DNA of 64,000 bases from contig NC_043000.1 in assembly GCF_006345805.1 (NCBI RefSeq), forward strand, positions 157,232,001-157,296,000, given 5' to 3'. Below the pieces are notes generated by a model. That model was given only the letters and a program-made list of their open reading frames with translations, was not told the DNA's origin and did not search any database. Position 1 is the first letter of the stretch; every line of letters begins with the position of its first letter. Origin of the DNA: Octopus sinensis. Lineage: Eukaryota. Position numbers and translations under genes: made by a program. Of this stretch, positions 13,404 through 26,589 are shown in pieces.

Positions 13404-13983
13404 ATATATATGTACATCTGCGTGTCAGCGTGCGTATATGCGTACAGGTACTTGTTTTAGCTGGTCAGATGCCTGGTTGCCTACCACATTGTAAAAAAGA
13501 CAAACAAAACAGATAAAATGTTCCAAAGATGACTACCCTGTAACGCCTTCTCCCACACCCATCAGCCCTTTAAACCCACATGAATATATCATCTGAATAT
13601 TCTAGCTCCATATTTGGTATTCAACTTAAGCTTGGATATCACGGAATTATTATCCTATTATAAAGAGCTCGGATCTATTTCTCGATTCGAGTGGGTTGTT
13701 AAAAAAATCTGATATTTCAAAAGCGTTTGGTATAAGTATGATTCATTTTTCTGTGGACCCATCTCGAAAATTTCTTTTTAGTTTCTTTTATACGTATCCG
13801 CTTCTTTAATGTAGCTTTTTTTTATGTTTAAAAAATTACGTTAAATTTGATATGCAACATGCGCCAGCATGGCTGTGGTAATGAGAGCACTTTGCGATCG
13901 TTTCGTTAAGGATATTTTTCCTGCTTCCCATCTCTTTCTCTAACTTATTCTCTCAATATGTGTGTGTGAAGATGTGAGGGTGT

Positions 13984-14035
<52 letters not shown>

Positions 14036-14040
<5 letters not shown>

Positions 14041-14255
14041 ATCCAAACATGAAAAGAAAAACAAAGAGAAAGCACAACAACGCGAGGACGTGGAACAAGT
14101 ATAGTGTTATTGGACGCTCAGGGAAGGAAAGAAAAATGGAGGATCTAACGTTTCGAGCGGAGCTCTTCGTCAGAAACATAGGAAAAGGAAAGATCCAAGG
14201 AAGGGAAGACGGAGAAAGAAAATCGCCAACGGTACATACGCGGTCACATTTTGAA
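14036..14255 (-). mobile_element. Short Penelope-LTR-like repeat carrying a hammerhead
   Basis: Close relative at 22235-22450; related copies at 15990-16175, 42240-42350 and 42720-42930 share ACGCTCAGGAA...ACGTTTCGAGC...GCTCTTC. Confidence 0.65.
14143..14177 (-). ncRNA. Minimal hammerhead motif with an extra A before helix II; GUU site
   Basis: Minus strand reads GTTT-CTGACGA-A-GAGC tcc GCTC-GAAAC-GTT-AGAT. Helix I pairs via WC/wobble; palindromic ACGT helix III. Confidence 0.65.
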
Positions 14256-14261
14256 TGATAT

Positions 14262-14530
14262 ACGTGGAGGATCGTGGTTTCGATTCCCGAACCGGGCGAT
14301 GTGTTTGTTTATTGAGCGAAAACACCTAAAGCTCCACGAAGCTCTGGCAGGGGATGGTGGCGTTCCCTGTTGTACTTTTTCGCCGCAACTATCTCTCACT
14401 ATTTCTTCCTGTTTCTTGGGTAACGCTGCGATGGACTGGCGTCCCGTCCAGCTGGGGGGAACACATGTGCCATAGAAACCGGGAAACCGGGCCCATGAGC
14501 GTAGCTAGGCTTGAAAAGGGCGCATAACTA
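14262..14530 (+). mobile_element. SINE family C, partial and internally deleted
   Basis: GGATCGTGGTTTCGATTCCC...GAGCGAAAACACCTAAAGCTCCACG shared with 53022-53409. Confidence 0.7.
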
Positions 14531-14908
14531 AATAAATATATACATGTGTGTGTATCTGTGTGTGTTTGTGTGTGTGTGTGGGTGGGGTATACGTGCTTGC
14601 GTGTGTTACATACTTACATATATACTTACATATGAGAGACCGAACAAACGATAGAAAATATCACGCAACATATTTGGTTAGAGTTACATGAAACTCGACA
14701 AGTCTATCCAATCGGAATGTGTCCGATGCCCAGGAAACTTTAAATAATGTACAGCTGAGTCAAACTGTTGTTATATATATCTATATCTGCATCTACAAAC
14801 ATATATGTGCGCGCGCGCGCGTTTATACACATATATACATACACATATATGCATCCACACACACACGCACACACATTTATATATATATATATATATTATA
14901 TATATATA

Positions 14909-14945
<37 letters not shown>

Positions 14946-14948
<3 letters not shown>

Positions 14949-15853
14949 GGTGTGCATAAAGTCTCTTTACAATTAAAAAAATTATTGCAAAGGCAGTTGA
15001 CGAGATATTTTAACCAGATTTATTTTATTTTAATAATTGTTTATTAAGTTGTTTTTTATTATATTTTAAACGTTTTGTTTCAGATACTCTGTTGATTGAA
15101 GGGAACTGATTCACTGAACCCCTATAAAATGAGGATGAAGCCTTCCTCAAGCGAGTTGGTTTTAGTGACGAGGCGACTTTTCATGTTTCAGGGAATTAAA
15201 CAGACACAATGTGGAGAATCTAGGGATCAGAACAACCCCGATGTGAGAGGAGCTTCAACGCGATGTCCAAAAGTGAATGTGTGGGTGGAATCATATACAA
15301 TCGAATAATTGGTCCATTTTTCTTCAACGAGGCAACAATTACTGCAGATGTTTACCTCGACCTTCTGACCGAATATGTGGCACCACAACTGATTGATTTA
15401 CAACCAACCATCATTTTCCAGCAAGAGGGCGCACCACCACATTCGGGACGGCATGTTCGTAGTGTTCCTCGATCAAACATTTCCAGACCGATGGATTGGA
15501 GGGGATAGGCCAATTCCATGACCACCGCGTTCGCCAGATATTACTCCCTTGGACATCTTTTTATGGGGTTATGTAGAAGATATCGTGTATCAAACAAAGA
15601 CACGGACATTGCAAAAGATTCGTAATACCATTGCCACCGTTGATGGGGCTATCCTACAGCGAACTTGGCAAGAAATCAAGTGCCGTCTTGATGTGCTTCG
15701 TGCAACTAATGGTGCCCATATTGAGGTCTATTAAACAACAGTTAAAAAACTTTAATAAACAATTATTACAATAAAATAAATCTGGTTAAGACATTTCGTC
15801 AACTGCCTTTGTAATAAAATTTTTAAATTGTAAGAGACTTTATGGACACCTTG
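14946..15853 (+). mobile_element. Internally deleted Tc1/mariner-superfamily transposon with ~110-bp TIRs
   Basis: TA-CAGGGTGTGCATAAAGTCTC...GAGACTTTATGGACACCTTG-TA. Catalytic-domain remnant VNVW, IIGPFFF, IFQQEGAPPH, WPPRSPDITPLDIFLWGYV, RATNGAHIEVY*. No N-terminal HTH region. Confidence 0.9.
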
Positions 15854-15899
15854 TATATATACAAATATAACTGCTATACATTGTATATATATATACATA

Positions 15900-15986
<87 letters not shown>

Positions 15987-16073
15987 GTGAGAATTTACAA
16001 CAAAAAACACACGACGAAGACGGTGTGTATACAACAAACTGATGTATTAGTTTAACGCTCAGGAAGTGAGAAA

Positions 16074-16112
16074 GTCTTTTACGTTTCGAGCCTACGCTCT
16101 TCGACAGAGAGG
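16074..16112 (-). ncRNA. Degenerate hammerhead motif (CUGUCGA core)
   Basis: CTGTCGA-A-GAGC gtag GCTC-GAAACGTA; helix I poorly paired. Confidence 0.4.
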
Positions 16113-16232
16113 AACATAGAAATAACAGAGAGAGAAAATAGAAAAACTTTAGTGGCTAGCGATCTATCATGGCAGTATATAATACTCTCTCTCTTTCTCT
16201 CTCTCTCTCTTTCTCTCTCTCTCCCTCTCCTC

Positions 16233-16293
<61 letters not shown>

Positions 16294-16694
16294 CTATATA
16301 TATATGTGTGTGTGGTGTGTTATATCACGAGCTGGTTGGGCAAGGGTGGCAAAGCAGATGGGAACTCGTACATAATCGGGAAGACTTTTTTGTTGTAGTG
16401 TCACCAATGCGCTGCAGGTAAACAGTACATGACAGCGACGACGACGTGTTCCATTAGAACTGACGTAGTGTTAAGCATTACACCGAGAAGAACAACACTA
16501 GAGAATATTGTTTTTTTTGTTGTTGTTTGGTACCATATATCAGACCACTTGTTTTCTGACTTTTATATATTCAAGAAATATTTTCTTAATAAATCAATCA
16601 GGTCCATGTATTCATTTTAAATAACGACTGAGATTTTTTATTTTATTTTATTGTAGTAAGATCCCACCAAACATAGAAAAGAAGGAAACAAATA

Positions 16695-16794
16695 NNNNNN
16701 NNNNNNNNNNNNNNNNNNNNNNNNNNNNNNNNNNNNNNNNNNNNNNNNNNNNNNNNNNNNNNNNNNNNNNNNNNNNNNNNNNNNNNNNNNNNNN
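16695..16794. other. Assembly gap (100 N)
   Basis: Run of exactly 100 N between unique sequence and a (TA)n array. Confidence 0.99.
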
Positions 16795-16818
16795 ATATAT
16801 ATATATATATTATATATA

Positions 16819-16869
<51 letters not shown>

Positions 16870-17221
16870 ATATATATTATATACACACACACATATGTAT
16901 GTACATATATATGTATATATATATATACATATATAGGTATATATGTGAATACTTATGTACGTATATATAAGTATATGTGCGAATACATATGTATATGTAT
17001 ATATATATATATATGCGCACACATAGACGTATATATGTTTATACATGCATGTGTAAGTGCATATATGCAAATATATAAATATATGTAGATAGATACACAT
17101 TTATATACATACATATGGATACATTTACTCATATATATATACACACATATATATACACGCACACCTATTTCTAAAGATACATATGTCTATACACCTACAT
17201 ACACCTATCTATAGACATATG

Positions 17222-17263
<42 letters not shown>

Positions 17264-18972
17264 CAAACACACATACACATGCACGTGTTTATGTACCTAC
17301 ACGATTGGTCACACAAGTTTCTTATGTGAATGCAGAAAATCATTTATTCATAACACATTTCAAATAATTTTTCTTTCATATCCGCCCTTAATTAACTGAA
17401 TTTACAAAGATGATGAAAACTAATTATATGATCTAAAATATACAAGAATACTATATATGTTTTGCTTCCTGTGTCTTTTTAATGGTTTCCACATCAAAGT
17501 AACATTGATAGCACAACCATTCCTACAATGTTCTCTAGGCGCCAGCGTTCTGTGTGTGCGCATACAAGCATACATATATACATACATACATACATACATA
17601 CATTTATACATATGCGTATATACATACATAATACATAAATACATGCACACAAGCGGTCATACACACAGGCAGACATATATACACACATACATAAATCATT
17701 TCATAGTTACATATGTGCGAATATTATATACATATACGCAGAGTACTTACATAGAAATGTATTCATGTACGCATACATACATTCATGTACGCATACATAC
17801 ATTCATGCAGACTCAATTAAATTAATTAATTTAAATGAGTTTGTTATTGTTTTTAAGCAATTATTTGTCCGATTGTTTACCTATATATTTAAGCTTCATC
17901 CTAAATGTTCATACATTCCTACAAGCATACGCATAAAGATGCATTCTTACGCATACAGACACACAGAGACATACACACAGAGACATACACACAGATATAT
18001 ACACACAGAGATATACACACAGAGATATCACACAGCGACATGACACAGACATATACACCGAGACGCAAATACAAACGAGCAACCGTACGTATCTGTGCTC
18101 CTGTAGAAATAATGAATTATTTGCTTGAAATCAAGTAATTATTTATGAGGCCGACGTAGATCCATGAAAACTTTAAGCCGTGTAGATACTGCAGAAATTT
18201 CTATTTAGGAAAGTGGAAAAAATCGCCTGATTTAAGTGATTATAGCACCATGTCGCCACGTAAAGCGAGAAAACATAAATTTCCTCTCGAGTAACACTGT
18301 TCCCCAAATTTATAAATTTATAATGGCTGATTGATACATTTCAGCAGTAGTAGATAGTTGATCTTATGCAAAGAAAACGTTATGCCACCTTAACCTATAC
18401 AACTTAATTTTCACTACCGATAGTTGCTCATTCACATGTCTGAGATGATATCGATATCATCTCCCAGCAAGGAGAGAAAAACGAGCTACCATATAACCAA
18501 AGAGAGCGGGATATCCCTGGCGGGTATCAATGCTGTTTGGTATTACTGAAGAATATTTATGTCGTTCCTAAAGCTCTTTCAATAAGATAAGGATTTGTAG
18601 ACCCATTTCTGTGATATATTCGGTCTTCTCAAAGCAGGCAGAATCAGAATTAATCTTTTTGAACGTAAAAATGCTATCACCTGACGAAGAGAATGCCTCG
18701 GAGTTCAAGCTATCTGCATATTATATAAGTAGGGGCGTTTGTGTAGGGGGAGGTAGTGTCTGTGTGTGTTGGATTTGTGTGTGTGGGTGTTTGTATGCAT
18801 ATACATATGTGATTTTATATATATATATATGCGTATATATGTATTTATACTACATAGTCATAATATACATGAGTGTGTATGCATGTGTGTATGTATGCAT
18901 ATATATATATGTGTATGAATATATTCATATATGCACACACACGCATACATATATAATATATATATATATATA

Positions 18973-19027
<55 letters not shown>

Positions 19028-19144
19028 TATATATATATCTATACGTATATGTATATATATATACGCACATATGTATATTAAACACACACATATATGTGTA
19101 CAAAGAAATGAACGCAGATTAAAGTCTACTTACAGATATATGTC

Positions 19145-19176
<32 letters not shown>

Positions 19177-19330
19177 CATTCATACACATATATAAAATTC
19201 AACAAAGACATATACACGCAGAAAGCATATAAACACTCATCATGCTTTTACTTATAAATTATGTATATATATATGTATATACACATAAAGAAATAAACAC
19301 AGATCAAAACCGCTTAGACACACTTAGTCG

Positions 19331-19395
<65 letters not shown>

Positions 19396-19699
19396 ACATA
19401 CACACTCACGCGCACACATGTACATATGCAGGTATGCTAATACGTTTCTATCCATACTCTGCCGGATTAATCCGGTCTTGATATATTGCCTACATATCCA
19501 CGTCTTAATTCCGTATGCGTGCTTCTCTTATGAGTTGATTCATGACAAAATTCAGGTCTACATGTATTTTGTTCTTCTATCCCGATTATTTATGATACTG
19601 CAGGCGAAAACTGATATCATTTATATATTCATTGTATATATCAAGGAGATCATTATCGTAGTTTGCTCACGTACCAGATTGCTCGATTAAAAAGTAGAT

Positions 19700-20561
19700 G
19701 ATTTCATATACATACATAAATATATTCATACATATATATAAATATATATACGTATATGTATATATATGTATATATATACATATATATAAATATATATACG
19801 TATATATATATGTATATGTATAAATATAGGTATATATATATGTATATGTACATATATGTATATACGTATATGTACATATATATGTATATGTCTATGTATA
19901 TGTACATATATGTATATACGTATATGTACATATATATGTATATGTCTATGTATATATGTATATATAGTGTCTATCTATATATATGTCTATATATATATAT
20001 GTGTATATATATATATATATATGCATATATATGTATATATACGTATATATTTATATATGTGTATATATATATGTATATATATATGTATATATATGTATAT
20101 ATACGTATATATGTGTATATATATATATGTATATATACTTATATGTATATATATATGTGTATCTATATATGTATATGTATGTATATATATATATATATAT
20201 ATATGTATATGTATATATGTATATATATGTATATATATATGTGTATATATATGTATATGTATATATATTTGTATATATGTGTACATATATGCAAATATAT
20301 ATGTATATATATGCATGTACATATATGTATATATATGCATGCATGTATATATATATATATGTATATATAAGTACATATATACATATGTATATATATATAT
20401 ATACATATATACATATGTATATATATATACATATATATGCACGTATATATATATATACGTATATACATATACATATGTACATGTATACATATGTATATAT
20501 ACATATATACAAATATATATTTACATATGTACATATATACATTCACATATGTACATATGTA

Positions 20562-20646
<85 letters not shown>

Positions 20647-20720
20647 TATTATATTATATATATATATGGAGAAAGAGAGAGAGAGAGATGCATGTAGGCT
20701 TATGTATATGCACATATATG
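19700..20720. repeat. ~1-kb compound (TA)n/(TATG)n array
   Basis: Directly visible; source of the long I/Y/M/C ORFs. Confidence 0.97.
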
Positions 20721-20850
20721 TTTGTAAATACATAATACTTTACAATCACTGCTGTTTGCATTGATAATGCAAACATACTCACACATATTCACAATTTCTG
20801 CGCGCGCATGCACATACACACAGGACACACACACACACTAACACACATCT

Positions 20851-20886
<36 letters not shown>

Positions 20887-21489
20887 TTATGTATATTATT
20901 GTATATGAGTGTATAAATGTACGTATATATTTATGTATGTGTGTCATATCGATTTTTTTACAAATGCAAATGATATGCTCCACAAGCGATTACACCCACC
21001 TAAACACACGCACACGTGTATTACTCTGTGAGTGTTCGTGAATATGTGTATGAATGATGGTATAAACGCTATAGTTTGCCATGTGATGATCAAATATGTG
21101 TCTATACGTACACAGTTACAGCTACGGTTATATTTCAAGCACACCCCTCCTTTTCTTCTGTATTTCCTTCCCATGCAACATTCCTCACTATCCCATTCGT
21201 GGAAGGTTTCACTAAGATATCAGTTTTATTATGAGAAGAGGTCGCTAATTCCTGATCTAACTCTCTCATTTTTGCAGAGTGAGGCGCTAAGAAAGGGTGC
21301 TAGAAAGAGGAGAAATGGGAGAAAGGCAGAAAGAGAGAGAGAGAGAAAGAGAGAAATGGAGAGTGAGGGAGAGAGAGAGAGAGAGAGTGTGGCAGAAGTG
21401 AGTGGCGGCTCAAGCGCTGTTTATTTATTGACTCACGAAGAATGGAGGGTTAAGTTGATCTCGGCGGTATTAGATGACAGGACACAGCC

Positions 21490-21672
21490 AGAATAATTCC
21501 ATCCTGCACTTGAGCGACTTTTCTACTTGACCTCAGAGCTCAAATGGTACATTTTCTAACGACCCAGAGATAATGAAAGGCTAAGTCGAGCTTGGCGGAG
21601 TTTGAATTCAGAACGTAATGACGGACAAAATGTCGCCAAGCATTTTGCCCGGCGTGTTAACGATTTTGCCAG
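21490..21672 (-). mobile_element. SINE family B copy (decayed)
   Basis: Reverse complement of the family B head. Confidence 0.6.
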
Positions 21673-21697
21673 CTCATCGCTTTTATACATTAATATA

Positions 21698-22106
21698 CAC
21701 GAGGAGTAATAGAAAGTTCCGGACTGTGGGTAAAAGAAAATACAGGAGGATCAGTTAATTATGTCTTATTCAACATATTCACCCCTCAGATTCACACACT
21801 TATTGCAGCGAACTCAATTGCCAGGATCGCTTTGCAATGGGTTCCACAAGGTAGAAGAAGACATGGCTGACCAAAGGAAACGTAGCGGAGGACAATAACA
21901 AAAGCAGAGGGTTAACAATAGAACAAGCTGCCAAGGACGCTTTTAGTGTTAGGAGGTGGAATGATCTTGCTGTTGCTTCAATGAGAACCGAATGAATGAA
22001 CTGCAGCTGTACTTACCATGTAAGTTTGGGCCTCCAATCAGGCCTTTCTCGACACCATAAGAGTGTTGCGAAAGGCCTGGCTGGAGCAACTTTTTAGCAC
22101 CCCTTG
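21698..22106. mobile_element. Mariner-derived MITE, rearranged or with an insertion
   Basis: Ends ACGAGGAGTAATAGAAAGTTCC...AACTTTTTAGCACCCCTTG. Internal pieces match the MITE at 46243-46450. Confidence 0.6.
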
Positions 22107-22175
22107 TATAATAATTAATCTCTGTATATATGGTTATATGTATATATATATATGTATATATACATATACGTATGG

Positions 22176-22211
<36 letters not shown>

Positions 22212-22341
22212 ATATATATATATATATATATATAGTTAAACCAAACAAGAAAGCACAAAAAAAACACAACAACGCGAGGACGTGGAACAAATATAGTATT
22301 ATTGGACGTTCAGGAAAGAAGGAGAGAAGGAGAGAAGGAGG

Positions 22342-22376
22342 GTTTAACGTTTCGAGCGGAGCTCTTCGTCGGAAAC
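22342..22376 (-). ncRNA. Hammerhead motif with core mutation (CCGACGA)
   Basis: GTTT-CCGACGA-A-GAGC tcc GCTC-GAAAC-GTT-AAAC. Perfect 4-bp helix I; U4 is replaced by C. Confidence 0.55.
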
Positions 22377-22628
22377 ATAGGAGAATGAAAGATCCAGAGA
22401 AGGGAAGGCAAAGGAAAAAAAATCGCAAACGGTACACACAAGGTCACATTTATATATATATATATAATATAATATATATAATTATCAATAATAGGGAATA
22501 TAAAATTCAAGGCAACAGGGGAAAACAAACTCAATTTAGTAATACTAAATCAAATTTCACGATATATTATATATATATATTATTATATATATATATATAT
22601 ATAATTATAATATATTATAATATATTAT

Positions 22629-23289
22629 AAAATATTATAATATATTATAAAATATTATAATAATCCAGGTTTCTCGGAGCACTAGGCCACTTGGTGTTGA
22701 ATAGATATACTATTAAATTAGTATCTAATTCTCTCACCCTTATTAATTAATTATAATTATGCTGCATTTATTTCTAAATGCTGTATTTGTTTTCCGTGAA
22801 AGTTTGGCGCGCTGTTAGTTGGGGCATTTGAATTATAACGTCGGATGTAATCAATTGAACCACACGCGTATTTATCGTTATGGTAAAATCTGGCGTGTGA
22901 TTGAGTGGATTTCATCCAGATAGTTTTGGCTGAGGAGCTACAAGTGGATTTTTTTGTAAGTAAAATTACATTTAATTCATTAATAGCGAAACAATTGGCC
23001 CAAATAATCTGTATTTTTGTTATTTTTTATTTGCCCTGTCCGTGTGAGCTAACAATCGTACTGACTTTCATGGGAAACATGTATTTTTGTGGTTGAAACC
23101 TTTTGGATTAACTGGTGCTAGAATGAGCCATATAGTGACCACTCTCTTATATTTATTTTGTAAAAATATTATAATATATTATAAAATATTATAATAATCC
23201 AGGTTTCTCGGAGCACTAGGCCACTTGGTGTTGAATAGATATACTATTAAATTAGTATCTAATTCTCTCACCCTTATTAATTAATTATA
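22629..23289. repeat. Identical 127-bp direct repeats (22629-22755, 23163-23289) around a 407-bp core
   Basis: Base-by-base reading shows the same AAAATATTATAAT...CCAGGTTTCTCGGAGCACTAGGCC...CCCTTATTAATTAATTATA twice, period 534 bp. Confidence 0.9.
22925..23004 (+). ncRNA. Hammerhead motif with a mutated cleavage triplet (GGC for GUC)
   Basis: TTTGG-CTGAGGA-GCTA...TAGC-GAAAC-AATT-GGC-CCAAA. Helix I is 5 bp; helix III is CAATTG. Confidence 0.6.
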
Positions 23290-23928
23290 TATATATATAT
23301 ATATATAGAATCAAGAGACAGAACCTGCATAAAGTGATTCAATTAATAATGAGAGACATTATAATAAAATCTAAATCTAAATATATTATTAATATTGTAC
23401 TAAAAATTACTATACTTATTATACTAAATAATACACATTAAATTTATATTTTATCATTAATTGAATTACTTTATGGATGTTCTGTCTCTTAATTATATAT
23501 ATATATGCTTATGCCATGTTATCGGATACGCATTACATAATATTCTTGGACAAGCTAGGTACTGATGTGCACATACTTTCTGACATAGTACATATATGGT
23601 TTTATATATAATTATGTGTTTATGTACCTGCATAATTACGTCTCCTTCTATGTGAGTGTATTGTATGTATGCATGCATTCATACGCAGTATCCGATGTCA
23701 TATCCACCAAGTCGAAATTTGTAAAGGATATTCACAGAAAGAAAAGGAACTAAGACCAAAAAATTCTTCCAAGTTATAAGTTGAATGTGACCTTAAATAC
23801 ATGCAAAGCCTCCGTGCGTTGCATCTTTGTTCTCTGGAACGTCGACGGAAAGATATGTCAGCATATGTATTTGTGAAATTTTCGAAGATCATATTCCGGA
23901 CATAGGCATGCAAGAAAGAGGAGAAAAA

Positions 23929-23968
<40 letters not shown>

Positions 23969-24614
23969 ACAGAGAGAGAACCAGAGAGAGGAAGAGAGAG
24001 AGAGAGAGTGGGGGAAAACAAAGCTATTTGTGGTTGTATCAAATTCTAAGACTTCTTCGTTAAACTCTTGCCCCATAATTCTTAATAGCAACAGCTTGAT
24101 TTCAAAGGTTGTATTCATACAGCAGCCTCTGAAATTTACAACGTTTCCCAAGTAACCTTTAAGAAGCATCGAGATGTATTTCCCTCTTGTATTCTTGATC
24201 AGCTAACAGGAAAAGGCTACATCCAAAGGAGATCTGTCCTCATCAATTCATTCATACACCAACTAGAGATGTTGCATATACTGAACATTACCAACGGAAT
24301 CATTGGAACGCTGGACATATAGAGATGGCACTAAAGGCATAAACACACTTGCCAACATAGAACATAAATGAATGTAGTGTTTGAGCACGATCTTAACAAC
24401 GATGGCTTAAGTAAAGTGAAGATGTAAAGAACACACACAAATCCCTCCTTCCTACCCTTCATTCATCCACACACACGCACACACACATATATATGTATGT
24501 AGGTATATAAAGGATCCAAGGATCAAGGTGTAGGAAGTGAGTGAGTTTATATATATATATATATATATATATTTAAAAAAAGGAGATGTGGAACACGAGT
24601 TGTGATATATAAAA

Positions 24615-25050
24615 AAAGGAAATGAAGAAAATGCTGACAAAATAATTTAAGTAAGGGAGAGTGTATTTAATTAGGTGAAAGTTCTTTTTACCGGTTGCGC
24701 ATTTGTTATGCTTATCAAAAGATATTTTTTAAGAGAGATAGAGTTCCTTTCTGATAGATTTTTTTCTCTTATCTGACTTTATGTGGGTTTGCTGTCTCTT
24801 ATATGTGAAAAAAGAGGCTCCAGAGTTGTTTAAGATAAACAACTTTGGAGCCTCTTTTTTCACATATAAGAGACAGCAAACCCAACATAAAGTCAGATAA
24901 GAGAAAAAATCTATCAGAAAGGAACTCTATCTCTCTTAAAAAAATATCTTTTGATAAGCATAACAAATGCGCAACCGGTAAAAAGAACTTTCACCTAATT
25001 AAATACACTCTCCCTTACTTAAATTATTTTGTCAGCATTTTCTTCATTTC

Positions 25051-25054
<4 letters not shown>
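24615..25054. repeat. Near-perfect 440-bp palindrome with a 3-nt loop (24833-24835)
   Basis: The ~218-bp arms differ only by one G.T pair and a few 1-nt indels, mostly in homopolymers. Confidence 0.93.
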
Positions 25055-25082
<28 letters not shown>

Positions 25083-25084
<2 letters not shown>

Positions 25085-25472
25085 TAGCAGTATCGCACGG
25101 CGTTGCTCGGGTTTGTAAGGGAAATAACTACATAAGCATTTTTAGAGATGTAAAGTATAATAGCCATCTCAATATGGCTAACCACAAAGGGGGGAGGGGG
25201 TGTTACTGTAACTTTTTACGTTCTGAGATTTAATAATAAATTTTTAGAGAGTTACTTCCCAAAATGCATTAAAAATGGGAAAAATTGATGGTAATTTTTT
25301 TTAAAATCGTAGACTCACCATAGACGCGCGCTAATACCCAGAAGGGCTCGATATGAATCACGACTATAAGATATCCGGTTTTGGTTAAACTGCCCGGCAA
25401 AATGTGGGAGTAGTTAGGAATCTAAATCGTAGGAGACAGACAGCACACTACCTCACTTTTATATATAAAGAT
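25083..25472 (+). mobile_element. Helitron-like non-autonomous element
   Basis: Begins ACTAGCAGTATCGC, then a GC hairpin C(A/C)CGGCGTTGCTCGGG; ends TTTTATATATAAAGAT; no TSD. Copies at 28850 and 63360. Superfamily assignment is inference. Confidence 0.55.
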
Positions 25473-25929
25473 ATATACATATACACATCTACACTGCCAG
25501 AGTTTTGATCTATCCATGAGTTCACAAAAATTGGTTTACAATATGAGACTCCATGAATTTCATTTCGAAAAGCGATGACGTAATTATTCAATGTTGTAAA
25601 ACAAAGATTTGTCAGGATAAAACACTAATAGTTAATGACCTGATAAAATTACCGATTATTGTAAAGAAATACAGTAACCCTCCGGCGAGCCGAATGCATA
25701 GCAAACTTAAATTTTTAATTTCTTCTTACAGACATGAGTGTGAATGATACACAAGTCTCAATCCATTCTCCATATATGGTTTTCGCCCGTGTCTGATTAA
25801 AAATGCCACAAAGGTAAGAAAACCAAACGAAAAACAGAGGTGCGCTATTGACGAGAGCACTATATATTTATAAAAAGAACCTTATCTACTTTCATACTAT
25901 TTTGTTTTCTGTTATTCTTTTAGCGCATC

Positions 25930-26080
25930 GGAAAAATTGCTTAGCGACGTCTCTTTCGACTCTTTTATGTTCTACGTTCAAATTCTGCTGAGGTCGACTT
26001 GCTTTCATCCTTTCGGGTTCGATAAAATAAGAACCATTTGAACACTGGCCTTGTAACAAAATTTGAAATCGTTATTCTTT
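25930..26080 (+). mobile_element. SINE family B copy (decayed)
   Basis: CGTTCAAATTCTGCTGAGGTCGACTTGCTTTCATCCTTTCGGG. Confidence 0.6.
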
Positions 26081-26589
26081 TACTAGTTTTAGTCATTGAA
26101 TAGTGGCCATACCGTCTTCAATGTTTTCAGTAGTACATATTGATCCTTCTATTTATTATTTCAGTCACATACTTATTTCATTGATGAATGTTTAGCTTTT
26201 GACATAAAGGAACGAAACTCAACGCACAGCTTTAAACTACATGGCTGCTTGACCTGCTAAAAAATAACATCTATATTCCCTTAGATCACAACATAATGTA
26301 CAAAAGCACACGATGGAGAATTGTGGGCTTGGATTTCCTGCATATAGTATAAGGACATGATGGTCACGGCTGATGTCTTGCAAACAACTTGCACATGCAA
26401 GTGCTACCAGTTAAAAGCTCCGTATACCGGAAGCTAGCAGGTGTATGGGGTCATCAGGAGAGAATGCGCGCCGTTTCGGGGCCTACCTCTCGACGGCATC
26501 AATGCGCACCGGCCCCCCTCACTGATATGAGGCCCCGTTTGCTTGATCAGCTGGTTATGAAGAACTCAATATACTTCTAGCCATCGCTC

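Noticed and set aside
16638-16892. ORF spanning the N run
   Set aside because: Artefact of the 100-N scaffold gap.
18400-18650. Protein-like minus-strand stretch ([21 protein letters not shown]...)
   Set aside because: Several stops and no family I can name; needs a translated search.
19704-20764. Long ORFs of 200-300 aa (also 5205-6336, 32050-33146, 39965-41076, 42826-43320, 48997-49432, 61978-62522)
   Set aside because: Translations of (TA)n, (CA)n, (TATC)n and (TACA)n arrays that lack stops by composition.
26445-26552. GC-rich patch with GGGGCCT/AGGCCCC stem, GAAAC and CTGATGA on the minus strand
   Set aside because: The order and pairing do not fit type I, II or III hammerheads; the strand after CTGATGA cannot pair with the one before GAAAC. 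It may be the old RTE 3' region.
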